In this document: in pieces, positions 9,663 through 19,881 of the stretch
How positions within the stretch are numbered: position 1 is the first letter of the stretch
Layout: every line of letters starts with the position of its first letter
Assembly: GCF_032116555.1 (NCBI RefSeq)
Contig: NZ_CP134949.1
Span: 620,001 to 684,000 of the forward strand
Origin: Halorarum halobium
Lineage (GTDB): Archaea > Halobacteriota > Halobacteria > Halobacteriales > Haloferacaceae
Length of the DNA: 64,000 nt
Direction of reading: 5' to 3'
The notes under the pieces: generated by a model
Told to the model about the DNA's origin: nothing
The model's database searches: none
Seen by the model: the letters and a program-made list of their open reading frames with translations, nothing else
Position numbers and translations under genes: made by a program

Positions 9663-10195
9663 CGAACCCGTCGCCCGCGACCGAGTCGACTGCCACGGAC
9701 GGACCACCGACGTCCCGACGCCGGTTCCTGTCCGCTGTCGCGGCGGCGGGCACCGCCGGCGTCGCGGGGCTGTCTGGCTGTCTCTCCGGCGCTCCCGAGG
9801 AGCCCGAGCGACCGTGGGTCGAGCGAACGGCGGGCGACCCGCCCGGAACCGTGGTCGAGGGTCGCGTCAGGCTCTCGCGGGGCCAGTACGCGACGATACC
9901 CCTCCGCTGGCCCGAAAGCGAGGGTCCGGCGAGCGTCTCGGGGACGATGACCGAGCGACTCTCGCTCCCGTTCGACGTGTTCACGTTCGGGCCCGACGCG
10001 CTCGCGGCGTACACGGAGGGGAGCGAGGCCGACGGGCTGTCGTCGCTCTCCGAGTCCGGGACGACGCGGGCCATGTTCCGGGACGTGCGACTCGCCCACG
10101 GCGAGTACGCGATGGTCGTGGACAACACGCGCTTTGGCGGCGAGCCGGGGTACGACGAGATCTCGGTGTCGGTGTCCGTGGAACTGGAGTACTGA
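9659..10195 (+). CDS. Putative Tat-exported lipoprotein, unknown function
   Basis: SRRRFL twin-arginine motif followed by lipobox LSGC; 4-nt overlap with upstream permease. Confidence 0.7.
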   Translation: MTNPSPATESTATDGPPTSRRRFLSAVAAAGTAGVAGLSGCLSGAPEEPERPWVERTAGDPPGTVVEGRVRLSRGQYATIPLRWPESEGPASVSGTMTERLSLPFDVFTFGPDALAAYTEGSEADGLSSLSESGTTRAMFRDVRLAHGEYAMVVDNTRFGGEPGYDEISVSVSVELEY

Positions 10196-10280
10196 GTGCC
10201 GTCGTGCGTGGACCGGTCGGAACGGACCCGGGAACGACGACCACGTCCGGACCGATCGGATCACCCGCGCGGGACGAGGC

Positions 10281-10610
10281 TCAGAACGACTCGTTCTCGC
10301 TCTCGCCGACGCCCTCCCGCGTGTCGTTGGAGACGCCCCGATCCGAGTAGCGCTGTCGACCGACCGACTCGCTGGGCATGTGGTTGAGCGCCATCTGGCG
10401 GACCTCCCGGGTCGACTCGAAGGTGTCCTCGCCCATCGGGCCGAACAGCTCGGCGACCGTGATGGGGCCGGCGTTCGTCCGGCGGAACTCCCTGTCGCCG
10501 TGCTCGTCGATGAGTTCGTCGGCGGAGACCGGATACGAGAGTTCCTCGAGCGCGGCGTTGACGTCGACGAAGTCGACTCCCTCCTCCCGGTCGGTGTCCT
10601 CCCTGGCCAT
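10281..10610 (-). CDS. Small acidic haloarchaeal protein (DUF5789-like), paralog of 48848..49177
   Basis: LSYPVSADELIDEHGDRE...MPSESVGRQRYSDRG. Confidence 0.75.
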   Translation of the reverse strand: MAREDTDREEGVDFVDVNAALEELSYPVSADELIDEHGDREFRRTNAGPITVAELFGPMGEDTFESTREVRQMALNHMPSESVGRQRYSDRGVSNDTREGVGESENESF

Positions 10611-11095
10611 ACGCCACGTTCGGCCGCCGAGGTGTAACCGGTTGTCACCAGTCCGTGCCCAGTCGGTGCCGCCTTTGATTGGTCACTGGCGGTGGACGTG
10701 TGTTCCTCGTCGGGCCGGTTGGGAGTGGTTCGGAGTTGGGTCAGTGGGTCTCGGGACCCGGACTCTCGGTAGCGGATGACGCTTGACGGCCCACACTCCA
10801 CGATTCATCAGAAGGTACGAGCGGTAGCTCGGGATTCGGGACCGACGACCGGCGGGACGTTCGCGGCGTTCAAGGGGGGTAATGGAATAAATCATGAAAC
10901 TCCACGAGGCGCTAATCGAATACGTGAGCGCCGATCCCGAGGACAAAGAACTCGGGACAATGATTGTTTCGAACGGCGATGGGAGCTAACGGAGTTGATT
11001 CGGCAGTAGTTATATTTCGGCAATCCGTTCCAGCGAAAACCTGACTACTGAGCCCATTGCAATGAGCTTCTGAAAATCAAGACCGATGTGCGAAG

Positions 11096-11557
11096 TTAGT
11101 TAACTTCGTATTCGGTCAGAACGCTGGAACTGCTGCCGTCGTCAGATTCCCAGATTACGTCGATCGAGTCGCCAGACTCAAATGCGTCGTCGTTACCATC
11201 AGTTTGTCCACTGTGGAAGGTTACCGATGATCCTGCCGTGATCTCCCCGTCAGTGTTTGACCAGTCACTAGCAGTTTGGGACGGGCTATTTGACGCCGTA
11301 ACACTGAACTCGACGTTTGAGTCCTGGAAGGTGTCTCCACCAGTGTGTTGGAGAGTAACTGTAATGTCACCAGCACTAGAACCAGATTGGGTCCATTCGT
11401 ACGTAGCCTGCGGGCTCGTTTGATTGAGTCCCTGACCGAGGCCAAGGACGAACGTGCCGATGACGGCCGCGAGGATTACCGTGATAGCGACCATCAATAT
11501 CACCCCAATCACTGGGCTCACCGCGCGTTCGTCTGCGAGTAGCTTTGTGAGTTTCAT
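11096..11557 (-). CDS. pilA: Type IV pilin (haloarchaeal PilA-type, class III signal peptide)
   Basis: [41 protein letters not shown] conserved H-domain; GGAGG upstream of ATG 11557; lower-GC DNA. Confidence 0.9.
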   Translation of the reverse strand: MKLTKLLADERAVSPVIGVILMVAITVILAAVIGTFVLGLGQGLNQTSPQATYEWTQSGSSAGDITVTLQHTGGDTFQDSNVEFSVTASNSPSQTASDWSNTDGEITAGSSVTFHSGQTDGNDDAFESGDSIDVIWESDDGSSSSVLTEYEVN

Positions 11558-12070
11558 TGTTTTATCCTCCAACCAGGCTGTCAGCTGCTCTGAATGTTGC
11601 TGGTTGGTTAGTTACGAAGGCTGAACCGACCATAATATATTGCTCGGTTAAATTATCACAATTTGTATTTAGCGTCTCCCGTGGACTGAAACCGCCGATC
11701 AAAATAGACGAGTTCGATTGTTTCTCCTCCGACATTTACCCGAGCGTATTCCGGAAGTGCTTCTCCGGTGCTTGGAGGAAGATGGTCAGGTATGGAAGCG
11801 ACTTGGATAGACGGGCTAGCAAATTCTCCTATTCCCGTCCCCGCGCGGGATGTCCGAGAAGCTGCTGATCCGGGCGAGCCATATGCGGATTCATCCAAAT
11901 TCAGCCCTGTTTGTTTACCAAACTGGTGGCGGATAAACCGAGTCAAGAATCCCCCAGTTCCAACATACCGGATTCGACCCCTCGGCACCGAGATGGGCCA
12001 CCATGCCCACCACCTCCGTGCCGCCTGGTGGCAGTTACACTGCCACGGTTGATCTCTTTCAGAATCGAAG

Positions 12071-12141
12071 TGGGACCGCTGAGACTCGAACTCAGGTCCT
12101 ACCGACCCCATCGGCAGAGGATACCACTACCCTACGGTCCC
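12071..12141 (-). tRNA. tRNA-Pro (GGG)
   Basis: Reverse complement GGGACCGTAGGGTAGTGGTATCCTCTGCCGATGGGGTCGGTAGGACCTGAGTTCGAGTCTCAGCGGTCCCA folds as a cloverleaf, anticodon loop ATGGGGT. Confidence 0.92.
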
Positions 12142-12247
12142 GCGTTTCAACAAAATCGAGGCCCGCGGTTAAGCGCTTCGTTTCGGCCGACCCGCCGTCG
12201 GCCGACTTGACGGGGACGACCACCGGACCACAGGGGGACTCGCCGCC

Positions 12248-13336
12248 TCACTCCCCGTCCTCCTCGCGCGGCACCACGAGGTCGCCGTCGTCCCGCACGG
12301 CCATGCTCGCCACCGGCCCTCCCTCGTAGACGGCTATCCCCTCGCGTCGCCCGATGACGTAACCGTCGTACGCCGACTCGACGGTGTCCAGCACCTCGCC
12401 GTGGGGCGAGCACACGTCGGCGACGACTTCCCCCTCCGACACTGCGTCGCCCGCTTCGACGCGATGTCGAACCAGCCCCGCCGTCTCCGATCGCGGGCCG
12501 ACGAAGCGCCGGACCGGGAACTCGACCGGGGCGTCCGGGACGCCGACGCCCGGCCGCGCGACGCCGTCCGGAACCGAATCGAGCAGACCGAACTCGACCG
12601 CGACCGCGAACGTCCCCGCGACGCCCGCGGCGCGTGCGTCCTCCTCGACGACGCTGTGGCCGCCCAGTTCCGCCGTGAACGCCGGAATCCCGGCGGTGTT
12701 GAGCGCCGCGCCGGCCGTCGAGCGCTGGAGCGACTGGTCGAGGTACTCCCCCGCGGGATACTCGGTGAGCACCGGGAGGCCGAACGCCTCGACCATCCGG
12801 TCGAGATCCGTCGCGAGCGACTCGGCCTCCTCAGCCGTCCGGTTCCGGCCGTACAGCACCCGGTCGCGGATGGCGAACGGCACCGACCCGATCTGTGCGG
12901 TGTGGCAGTCGACGAGCAGGTCCGCCGAGTCGCTGACGGCCTCGAACAGCCGGGCGTCGATCCGCTCCTGCGTCTCGGGCGGGCGCGAGGAGTCGCGTTC
13001 GAGGTCCGGGAAGTAGCGGTTCGGGTCCTCGTCGCCGTAGTAGGTGGTGCGCTCGTTCCGCCGGAGACCGGCCGGGCTGACGACGTGGACCACGACGAGT
13101 GCCCCGACGAATTCGTCCGCGTGTTCCCGGGCCGTCCGTGCAACGTCCTGTGCGACCGCGACGCCCGTGGCCTCGTCGCCGGTGACCCACAGCGTCGGCC
13201 CCGCGGCCGCGCCGTTGACGACCGTGATCGGCAGTCGCTCCTCCCCGCCGGTCGGGAGCCCCGTCACCGGGAGCCAGCCGTCCGCGACCGCGCCGGACGC
13301 CGCGCTCGCGGTGCCGACGTCGATGGATTCGGTCAT
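12248..13336 (-). CDS. Succinylglutamate desuccinylase/aspartoacylase (M14) family protein, apparently lacking the first Zn-ligand His
   Basis: [35 protein letters not shown]-terminal barrel-sandwich domain. Confidence 0.8.
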   Translation of the reverse strand: MTESIDVGTASAASGAVADGWLPVTGLPTGGEERLPITVVNGAAAGPTLWVTGDEATGVAVAQDVARTAREHADEFVGALVVVHVVSPAGLRRNERTTYYGDEDPNRYFPDLERDSSRPPETQERIDARLFEAVSDSADLLVDCHTAQIGSVPFAIRDRVLYGRNRTAEEAESLATDLDRMVEAFGLPVLTEYPAGEYLDQSLQRSTAGAALNTAGIPAFTAELGGHSVVEEDARAAGVAGTFAVAVEFGLLDSVPDGVARPGVGVPDAPVEFPVRRFVGPRSETAGLVRHRVEAGDAVSEGEVVADVCSPHGEVLDTVESAYDGYVIGRREGIAVYEGGPVASMAVRDDGDLVVPREEDGE

Positions 13337-13427
13337 GGCGGGGAGTCGCAGGTGTCGGAGAAAAAGTCCCGTCAGCCGGAAACCGCGGTTCGGCGACGCA
13401 CCGCAGGTGCCGGACCTCGGCGCTCGG

Positions 13428-14345
13428 TCAGACGAGTACGCGCTCCAGGGAGACGACCTCCCCCGACTCCGCGTCCGGGTCGTCGACGAGCGTGCCGAGA
13501 CAGATCGCCGAGCCGTTCGGCGCGTAGCAGGCGACGAGGTCGCCGTCGGTCGGCACCGCGTCGGACGAGTCACCCTCGGACGCGGCGTCGGGCGGGCGTT
13601 CGGGCCCGGCGACGTCGATGACGCCCGGCGCGTACACCGGCGCGCCGTCGGCGACCTGGGCGGCCGCGCTCTCGGCGATCGTCACCCGCGGAAGGTGGGT
13701 GAGCGCCCGTTCGGCAGGGACGACGACCTCGCGGAGCAAGGACTCGTCCCCGTCCTCGCGCTGGAACGCCAGGCCGTCAGCGAGGTCCTGCAGCGTCCGG
13801 AGGTCGCGGTCGTCGAACGGGTCGGTCGCGGTTCGTCGGAGGTGGCCCATGTGCCCGCCGGTGCCGATAGCGAGCCCCAGGTCGTGACAGAGCTTCCGGA
13901 CGTAGGTCCCCGACTCACAGCGGATTCCGAGCAGCACCTGCCGCTCGGTGCGGTCGAGCACGTCGAGGTCGTACACCTCGCGGGTCCGGAGGCGGCGCGA
14001 GACGGCGGACTTGCGCGGCGGCTTCTGGTAGAGTTCGCCCTCGAACTCCGCGACGACCGTTTCGAGGTCGGCGGGCGCGCGGCCGTGGAGTTCCAGCACG
14101 GCGACGTACTCCTTGGCACCCTCGAGGAACACCTGCGCGAGTCGCGTCGCGTCCCCGAGCAGGACGGGCAGACAGCCCGTCACCTTCGGGTCGAGCGTTC
14201 CGGCGTGGGCCGCCCGCTCGACGTCGGCCATGTCCCGAACCCACGCGCTCACCTGGTGGGCCGACGGGCCGGCGGGCTTGTCGAGGTTCACGACGCCGAA
14301 CGAGAGGAGTTCGTCGACGGACCGGTGCTCGGGGGCGGCGCGCAT
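13428..14345 (-). CDS. cbf5: RNA-guided pseudouridine synthase Cbf5 (TruB family)
   Basis: [48 protein letters not shown] domain. Confidence 0.95.
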   Translation of the reverse strand: MRAAPEHRSVDELLSFGVVNLDKPAGPSAHQVSAWVRDMADVERAAHAGTLDPKVTGCLPVLLGDATRLAQVFLEGAKEYVAVLELHGRAPADLETVVAEFEGELYQKPPRKSAVSRRLRTREVYDLDVLDRTERQVLLGIRCESGTYVRKLCHDLGLAIGTGGHMGHLRRTATDPFDDRDLRTLQDLADGLAFQREDGDESLLREVVVPAERALTHLPRVTIAESAAAQVADGAPVYAPGVIDVAGPERPPDAASEGDSSDAVPTDGDLVACYAPNGSAICLGTLVDDPDAESGEVVSLERVLV

Positions 14346-14348
14346 GGG

Positions 14349-14927
14349 TCAGAAGTCGTAGTGGACGCCCTCGACGGGGGCCTTCCCTTCGTCGGTGTTC
14401 GGGTCGTAGGAGTCGATGGCGGTCGTCAACATCCCCAGCACGCCCTCGGGCGACCAGCGCGCGGTGTTGTAGGAGATGTCGTAGATGGTGAGGTCGTCGA
14501 TGCGGATGTCGTAGTACTCCTCGTAGCGCTTCGCCTCGCTGGACTCGCGTCGTTTCGTCTCCTCGCGCACCCGGTCGATGGGCTTGTCCTCGCGGTCGGA
14601 GATGCGCTCACAGCGGATCTCCAGGGGCGCGTCGAGCCAGATGCGGATGTCGGCGTGCTCGGCGGCGAGCCACCCGGCGAGCCGGGATTCGAGCAGGACG
14701 TCGTCACGCTCGACGGCGACGTCGCGGAGCCGTCGGTCGAGGTCGCGGTCGATCTCCTCGTCCTCCTCGGCGAGTTCGTTGAACTCGACGGGGGACATGT
14801 CGTTCTCGGCGGCGAGTTCGCGGAAGATGTCGCCGCCGGAGACGTGCTCCAGCCGGAAGGCCTCCGCGAGCGCCGCGGCCGTCGTGCTCTTCCCGCTGCC
14901 CGGCGGGCCGGAGACGGTGATCAACAT
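14349..14927 (-). CDS. cmk: Cytidylate kinase (archaeal type)
   Basis: [33 protein letters not shown]. Confidence 0.93.
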   Translation of the reverse strand: MLITVSGPPGSGKSTTAAALAEAFRLEHVSGGDIFRELAAENDMSPVEFNELAEEDEEIDRDLDRRLRDVAVERDDVLLESRLAGWLAAEHADIRIWLDAPLEIRCERISDREDKPIDRVREETKRRESSEAKRYEEYYDIRIDDLTIYDISYNTARWSPEGVLGMLTTAIDSYDPNTDEGKAPVEGVHYDF

Positions 14928-15100
14928 ATCACGTCTCGGCCCGTGGGGCGCTTGAAGGTGTCCATGTTTCCGGCGGTGTGCGGGCGCCTGACGGGGGCGG
15001 GTCGGCTGGTTCGGTGGCGGCGATCTGGTAGTTCGGTGACGGTGGTCGGGTGGTTCGCTGACGGTGACCGAAGGGAGTCGGTGCCAGTTACGCCCCGCCC

Positions 15101-15682
15101 CTACTCGTCGGTCTCGTCGTCCCGACTCGCCAGCCCCGCCAGGTGGCCCGCCTGCTCGGTGATGATCTCCTCGCTTCCCAGCCTCGCGGCGTTCTCGCTG
15201 CCGGGGAGACAGAACACCGGGACGTCGCCGGCGATGCCGGCGGTCGCGCGGGTCGCCACGACCGTCGTTCCGATCTCCTCGCGCGACATCGCCCGGAACA
15301 GTTCCCCGAAGCCCGGAAGGGCCTTGTCCAGCAGCGGCTCGACGGCCTCGACGGTCACGTCGTCGGGCGTGACGCCCGTCCCGCCCGTGGTGACGACGCA
15401 GTCGACGTCCTCGCGGTCCACGAGGTTGTTGACCGCCCCCTGCACGCCGTCGTACTCGTCCCGGACGAGTTCCCTGGTCGCGACCGTCCCGTTCGCGTCC
15501 TCGACGGCCGCCACGATGGCGTCGCCGGCCGGATCGTCCTCGAGGCTCCGCGAGGAGGAGACGGTCACGACGGCGTAGCCGACCGATTCGACGTCGTGTG
15601 CGTGGTGGTGTTCGTGGTCGTTCGTCGATCCGTGGCCGTGTTCGGTTTCGTGGTCCCCCTCGTGGTCGGCGTGCTCGCTCAT
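15101..15682 (-). CDS. moaB: Molybdenum cofactor biosynthesis protein MoaB/MogA with His-rich N-terminus
   Basis: [40 protein letters not shown]. Confidence 0.9.
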   Translation of the reverse strand: MSEHADHEGDHETEHGHGSTNDHEHHHAHDVESVGYAVVTVSSSRSLEDDPAGDAIVAAVEDANGTVATRELVRDEYDGVQGAVNNLVDREDVDCVVTTGGTGVTPDDVTVEAVEPLLDKALPGFGELFRAMSREEIGTTVVATRATAGIAGDVPVFCLPGSENAARLGSEEIITEQAGHLAGLASRDDETDE

Positions 15683-15913
15683 GGCCGGCGGTTCGGCGGG
15701 GGTGCACTAAAGGGGCGGCGTCGAGTCGGCCTTTCGGGCTCTGTCCCCGGTTCAGCGACCACCTCGAAATCCCCCTGCCGTCGGGTTCTCGGTGTGCTGT
15801 CTTCCGATTCGAATAACAAAACTGACGGAACTAACTGAGCCCGATCCAGACGGAAGCGACAGACGCGGTTCCCAAACCGGAGGCGGTTTCACGCGGCGAC
15901 GCGCCACCCCGGT

Positions 15914-16702
15914 ATGGACACGCGACTCGTCGAGCTTCGGTCGGGCGTCCGCGACACGCTCCCGCTGCTGCTCGGCATCGTCCCCTTCGCGCTGGTCGCC
16001 GGCGTCGCCGGCGTCGAAGCCGGCCTCACGCCGCTGCAGACGCTCGGGATGTCGGTGGTGGTGTTCGCGGGCGCGTCCCAGCTGGCCGCGCTCGACCTGC
16101 TCGGCAGCGACGCCGCGCTCGGCGTGGTCGTGCTCACGGCCGTCGTCATCAACCTCAGGATGATGATGTACTCGGCCTCCATCGCCCCCCACTTCCGCGC
16201 GCTCCCGGCCAGGGTCCGGGCCGGCTGTGCCTACCTGCTCACCGACCAGGCGTACGCGGTCACCGTCGCACGCTACAGGCGTGCCGACGAGGAGCGCGGT
16301 GCGGACGAGGAGCACGGTGCCGACGAGAACGACGTCGGTGCCGTCGATGGTGGCCCCGACGACGCCGACGACGGCGGCCTCCGCCAGCCGTACTACTACC
16401 TCGGCGTCGGCGGAACGCTGTGGATCGTCTGGCAGGTCGGCACCGTCGTCGGCATCGTGTTCGGTGCGGGCGTTCCCGACGCCTGGCGGCTCGACTTCGC
16501 CGTCCCGCTCGTCTTCCTCGCGCTGCTGGTGCCGGTGCTCTCGGACCGTCCGAGCGTCGCCGCCGGCCTCGTCGCCGCCGCGGTCGCGGTGTTCGCTGCC
16601 GGCCTGCCGTTCAACGCGGGGCTGATCGCGGGCGCGCTGGTCGGCGTCGTGGCGGGGGTCGGCGCGGAACGGCTCGGCCTCGCCGCCGGGGGGTCGGCGT
16701 GA
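15914..16702 (+). CDS. azlC: AzlC family branched-chain amino acid exporter permease
   Basis: MSVVVFAGASQLA, INLRMMMYSAS, LTDQAYA, LDFAVP. Confidence 0.9.
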   Translation: MDTRLVELRSGVRDTLPLLLGIVPFALVAGVAGVEAGLTPLQTLGMSVVVFAGASQLAALDLLGSDAALGVVVLTAVVINLRMMMYSASIAPHFRALPARVRAGCAYLLTDQAYAVTVARYRRADEERGADEEHGADENDVGAVDGGPDDADDGGLRQPYYYLGVGGTLWIVWQVGTVVGIVFGAGVPDAWRLDFAVPLVFLALLVPVLSDRPSVAAGLVAAAVAVFAAGLPFNAGLIAGALVGVVAGVGAERLGLAAGGSA

Positions 16703-17034
16703 CGACGACGTACGGACCGGTCGCCATCTGGGGCGTCATCCTCGCGGCCGGGCTGGCGACCTACGCCATCCGACTCTCGTTCATCCACCTGTTCGGCCGG
16801 GTCGAGGGCGTCCCGCCGGCGCTCGAACGCCTGCTCGCCTACGTCCCGCCAGCGGTGCTCGCGGCGCTGGTCGCGCCGGACTTCGTGCCCGAGTCCGCGA
16901 CGCTCGTCGCGCTCGCGGACCCGACGCTCGTCGGCGGCGCGGTCGCGGTCGTGGCCGCCTGGTACACCGAGGACGTGCTGTGGACCGTCGGCGCGGGGAT
17001 GGCCGGGCTCCACCTCGCGCGGTTCCTGCTGTAG
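16699..17034 (+). CDS. azlD: AzlD family exporter small subunit
   Basis: GLATYAIRLSF, YVPPAVLAALVAP; GTGA overlap with azlC. Confidence 0.85.
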   Translation: MTTTYGPVAIWGVILAAGLATYAIRLSFIHLFGRVEGVPPALERLLAYVPPAVLAALVAPDFVPESATLVALADPTLVGGAVAVVAAWYTEDVLWTVGAGMAGLHLARFLL

Positions 17035-17049
17035 TCGGACGGGGGTCGG

Positions 17050-17418
17050 TCAGTCGGCCGACTCGTCGGAGTCGCTCGCGGCCACATCCGACGTCGGTGC
17101 CGCCGCATCGTCCGCGTCGTCCGTGCCGTCGACCTCGTCCGGCTCGTCGGCGTCGTCCGCGCCGCGGGACCACCCGCCACCCGCACCCTCAGCCCCTGCC
17201 TCGACCGCTCGCGCGCGCCGCTCCTGTGCGTCCGCGATGCGCTCGACGGCCACAACCAGCCGGTAGAGCACCCAGACGAGGCCGACGAGCAACGCCGGCA
17301 GGAACGAGAGCAGCACGTTCCCGACGACGAGGATGCCGTAGGCGAACCCGAGCAGGAGGACGAGGCCGACGAGAACCTTGACGAAATCCAGCGTGCCGTC
17401 GCGCGGGGACTCGCTCAT
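17050..17418 (-). CDS. Hypothetical membrane protein with acidic tail
   Basis: Two TM segments then YRLVVAVERIADAQE and a D-rich tail. Confidence 0.65.
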   Translation of the reverse strand: MSESPRDGTLDFVKVLVGLVLLLGFAYGILVVGNVLLSFLPALLVGLVWVLYRLVVAVERIADAQERRARAVEAGAEGAGGGWSRGADDADEPDEVDGTDDADDAAAPTSDVAASDSDESAD

Positions 17419-17527
17419 GGGGTCCGGTGTGAAAGCGAGCCTGATAAGCGTGGGGCCCCGCCGCGTCCGGCTCACGGCGGTTCTCGGAACCCGGAACTTT
17501 ACGCCCGATGCCGACTCACCGACGGCC

Positions 17528-17956
17528 GTGACGCCGACGCGTCGACGCCGGGCGGTGTTCGCCGCGGTCACGGCTACCGTCGTCCTCGCCTCGCTCGTCC
17601 CCCTCCCGGGCGGCGGCCCGGATCGGTTCCTCCTCGGCGTCGGGCTCGACAAGTGGGTCCACGGGGTCGGCTACGCGGCCGTCTCTGCGACGTTCGCGCG
17701 GGCCCGGACTTCGGGAGGAACGGGTGCGGCGCGGCCGAAGGCGACGGATTCGACGGTGCCGACGGGATCGGGTCCGAGGTGGCGGGTGGCGCTGGCGGCG
17801 GTGCTCGTCGGCACCGCCGTCGGCGGGGGCGTCGAACTGCTCCAGACCGCGCTGGCGACGCGGACGGCCTCGTTCGCCGACGCCGCGGCGAACGGGGTCG
17901 GCGCCGCCTGCGGCGCGCTCGTGTGGCTCCGGTCGAGCACCCGACCGCGCCGGTGA
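17528..17956 (+). CDS. VanZ-like membrane protein (start uncertain)
   Basis: DKWVHGVGYA, GGVELLQ, RTASFADAAANGVG. Confidence 0.75.
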   Translation: MTPTRRRRAVFAAVTATVVLASLVPLPGGGPDRFLLGVGLDKWVHGVGYAAVSATFARARTSGGTGAARPKATDSTVPTGSGPRWRVALAAVLVGTAVGGGVELLQTALATRTASFADAAANGVGAACGALVWLRSSTRPRR

Positions 17957-17968
17957 CTCCGACCGGAG

Positions 17969-18625
17969 TCACCGCTGGTCCCGCCACGTCTCGTAACCCA
18001 GCAGCGCCACCGCGGCACCGAAGAGCGGAAAGCCGAGCGGCAGTGACCCGCTGACGAGGAGGACGACCCCGACCAGGTAGAGCAGGTAGTGAACCACCGG
18101 GACGAGCGCGCTCGCGACGAGGAGCCACCCCGCGACGCGTCGCACGCCGGACGACCGCGTCAGGCTCGTCCCGAGGAGGAGCGACCCCGCCCCGATCACC
18201 AGGAGCCCGACGACGTGGAGGCTCCACCAGGCCGGCCTGATCTCCTGCAGGGGGGTGAGCGCGTACCACACCAGTTCCCAGACGTTCAGTCGGCCCTCGC
18301 TCCACAGGGTCACCGCCGGATAGAGCCACTGGGACATCGTCGTGACCGCGAGCTCCACGAGGAGCCCGTAGCCGACGACCGCGGTCAGACTCGCCTTCGT
18401 CCCGGTGACCAGCAGCGGCCGCCACTCGACGAACCCGGGCGGGCGGTCGACGCCGACCGACCGACCCGCGAGGACGCGGGCGAAGTAGCCCATCAGGAAC
18501 GCGACCGGGAACAGCAGGTAGCTGAAGTTCAGGAGGACCGTCCCCACGACGACGGTCGTCACGAGCCTGTCGCTCGCGGCGACGTACTCGAAGCCGCCCC
18601 GGAGGTCGTCGCGGAACCCGCTCAT
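17969..18625 (-). CDS. Hypothetical membrane protein (DUF4013-like N-terminus)
   Basis: GFEY...FLMGYFARVL...PPGFVEWRPLLVTG; multi-TM. Confidence 0.6.
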   Translation of the reverse strand: MSGFRDDLRGGFEYVAASDRLVTTVVVGTVLLNFSYLLFPVAFLMGYFARVLAGRSVGVDRPPGFVEWRPLLVTGTKASLTAVVGYGLLVELAVTTMSQWLYPAVTLWSEGRLNVWELVWYALTPLQEIRPAWWSLHVVGLLVIGAGSLLLGTSLTRSSGVRRVAGWLLVASALVPVVHYLLYLVGVVLLVSGSLPLGFPLFGAAVALLGYETWRDQR

Positions 18626-18732
18626 GGTTCGGTGGCCCGGGAGAACGTCGGGAACGGGTTCGACGGCCGCGGTGAAAAGCTGACCGGCGGGGAGACGACG
18701 CACATTTAGCCGTCGCCGGCGAACGCCCGCCA

Positions 18733-19881
18733 ATGAGCAAGCCGAGCCCCGAACCGTCCGAGCGGGGGCGGGGGATGGACGCGCACAACGAGGTGATGCG
18801 CGACATCCGGTCCGAGAAGGACGCCAGCTACGACCCCCACGAGCCGACGCGGGTGTGGCTCGACGAGGACAACACGCCCGGCGGCGTCAAGCGGTCGCTG
18901 ACGATCATCCTCAACACGGGCGGCTGCCGGTGGGCCCGGGCCGGCGGCTGTACGATGTGTGGCTACGTCGCCGAATCCGTCGAGGGCGGCAGCGTCACCC
19001 ACGAAGCGCTGATGGACCAGATTCAGGTCTGTCTCGACCACGAGGCCGAACACGCCGACGAGGGCGAGGGTCCCGCGCCGCTGGTCAAGATTTACACCTC
19101 GGGCTCGTTCCTCGACGAGCGCGAGGTGTCCGCGGAGTCGCGCGCGGCCATCGCCGGGACGTTCGCCGACCGCGAGCGGATCGTCGTCGAGTCGCTCCCG
19201 GACTTCGTCGCCGCCGAGAAGCTCCGCGACTTCACGGGTCGCGGCCTCGACACGGACGTCGCCGTGGGGCTGGAAACCGCGACCGACCGCGTGCGCCACG
19301 ACTGCGTGAACAAGTACTTCGACTTCGCGGACTTCGAGGACGCCTGCGCGGAGGTCCGCAGGGCCGACGCGGGGGACGGCTCGCCGGCGGATTCCGGGGC
19401 GGACGGAGCGGACGACGGCGAGGGGGCCACCGCCGGCGTCAAGGCGTACCTGCTGATGAAGCCGCCGTTCCTCACCGAGTCGGAGGCCCTCGAGGACATG
19501 GTCTCCTCGATCGAGCGCTGTGCGGCCGTCGAGGGCTGTCACACCGTCTCGATGAACCCCTGCAACGTCCAGCGCTACACGATGGTCGACGAACTCCACT
19601 TCCGGGGCGGCTACCGCCCGCCGTGGCTCTGGTCGGTCGCCGAGGTGCTGGAGCGGACCGCCGACGTCGACGCCATCGTCGTCTCGGACCCGGTCGGCCA
19701 CGGCTCCGATCGGGGCGCCCACAACTGCGGGGAGTGTGACGACCGCGTCCAGACCGCGATCAAGGACTTCGACCTCCGGCAGGACCCGTCGGTGTTCGAG
19801 CAGGTGTCCTGCGACTGTGAACGGACCTGGGAACTGGTGCTGGCCGAGGAAACCGGGTTCGCGCAGCCACTGACGCGGTGA
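18733..19881 (+). CDS. Archaeosine biosynthesis radical SAM protein RaSEA
   Basis: LNTGGCRWARAGGCTMCGY (CxxxxxxxCxxC), KIYTSGSFLD, KAYLLMKPPF, YRPPWLWS, RGAHNCGEC. Confidence 0.9.
   Translation: MSKPSPEPSERGRGMDAHNEVMRDIRSEKDASYDPHEPTRVWLDEDNTPGGVKRSLTIILNTGGCRWARAGGCTMCGYVAESVEGGSVTHEALMDQIQVCLDHEAEHADEGEGPAPLVKIYTSGSFLDEREVSAESRAAIAGTFADRERIVVESLPDFVAAEKLRDFTGRGLDTDVAVGLETATDRVRHDCVNKYFDFADFEDACAEVRRADAGDGSPADSGADGADDGEGATAGVKAYLLMKPPFLTESEALEDMVSSIERCAAVEGCHTVSMNPCNVQRYTMVDELHFRGGYRPPWLWSVAEVLERTADVDAIVVSDPVGHGSDRGAHNCGECDDRVQTAIKDFDLRQDPSVFEQVSCDCERTWELVLAEETGFAQPLTR

Noticed and set aside
10620..11095. attL/attR copy of the tRNA-Pro 3' end bounding the islet
   Set aside because: I found no convincing repeat of TGGGACCGCTGAGACTCGAAC and no integrase, so I did not call a provirus or integrative element.
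11600..12070. ORFs 11656..12111 (-) and 11768..12052 (+) in the islet
   Set aside because: No recognisable domain; the first overlaps the tRNA. Treated as possible fragments only.
13044..15578. Very long alternative-frame/antisense ORFs (e.g. 13044..15578, 28303..30264, 32570..34864, 59174..61216)
   Set aside because: They shadow well-supported genes on the opposite strand, are Arg/Gly/Pro/Val-rich with no motifs, and are expected in high-GC DNA with few stop codons.
15598..15682. His-rich N-terminus of MoaB as a novel metal-binding module
   Set aside because: His/Asp-rich leaders are common on haloarchaeal MoaB proteins, and nothing else here supports a new function.
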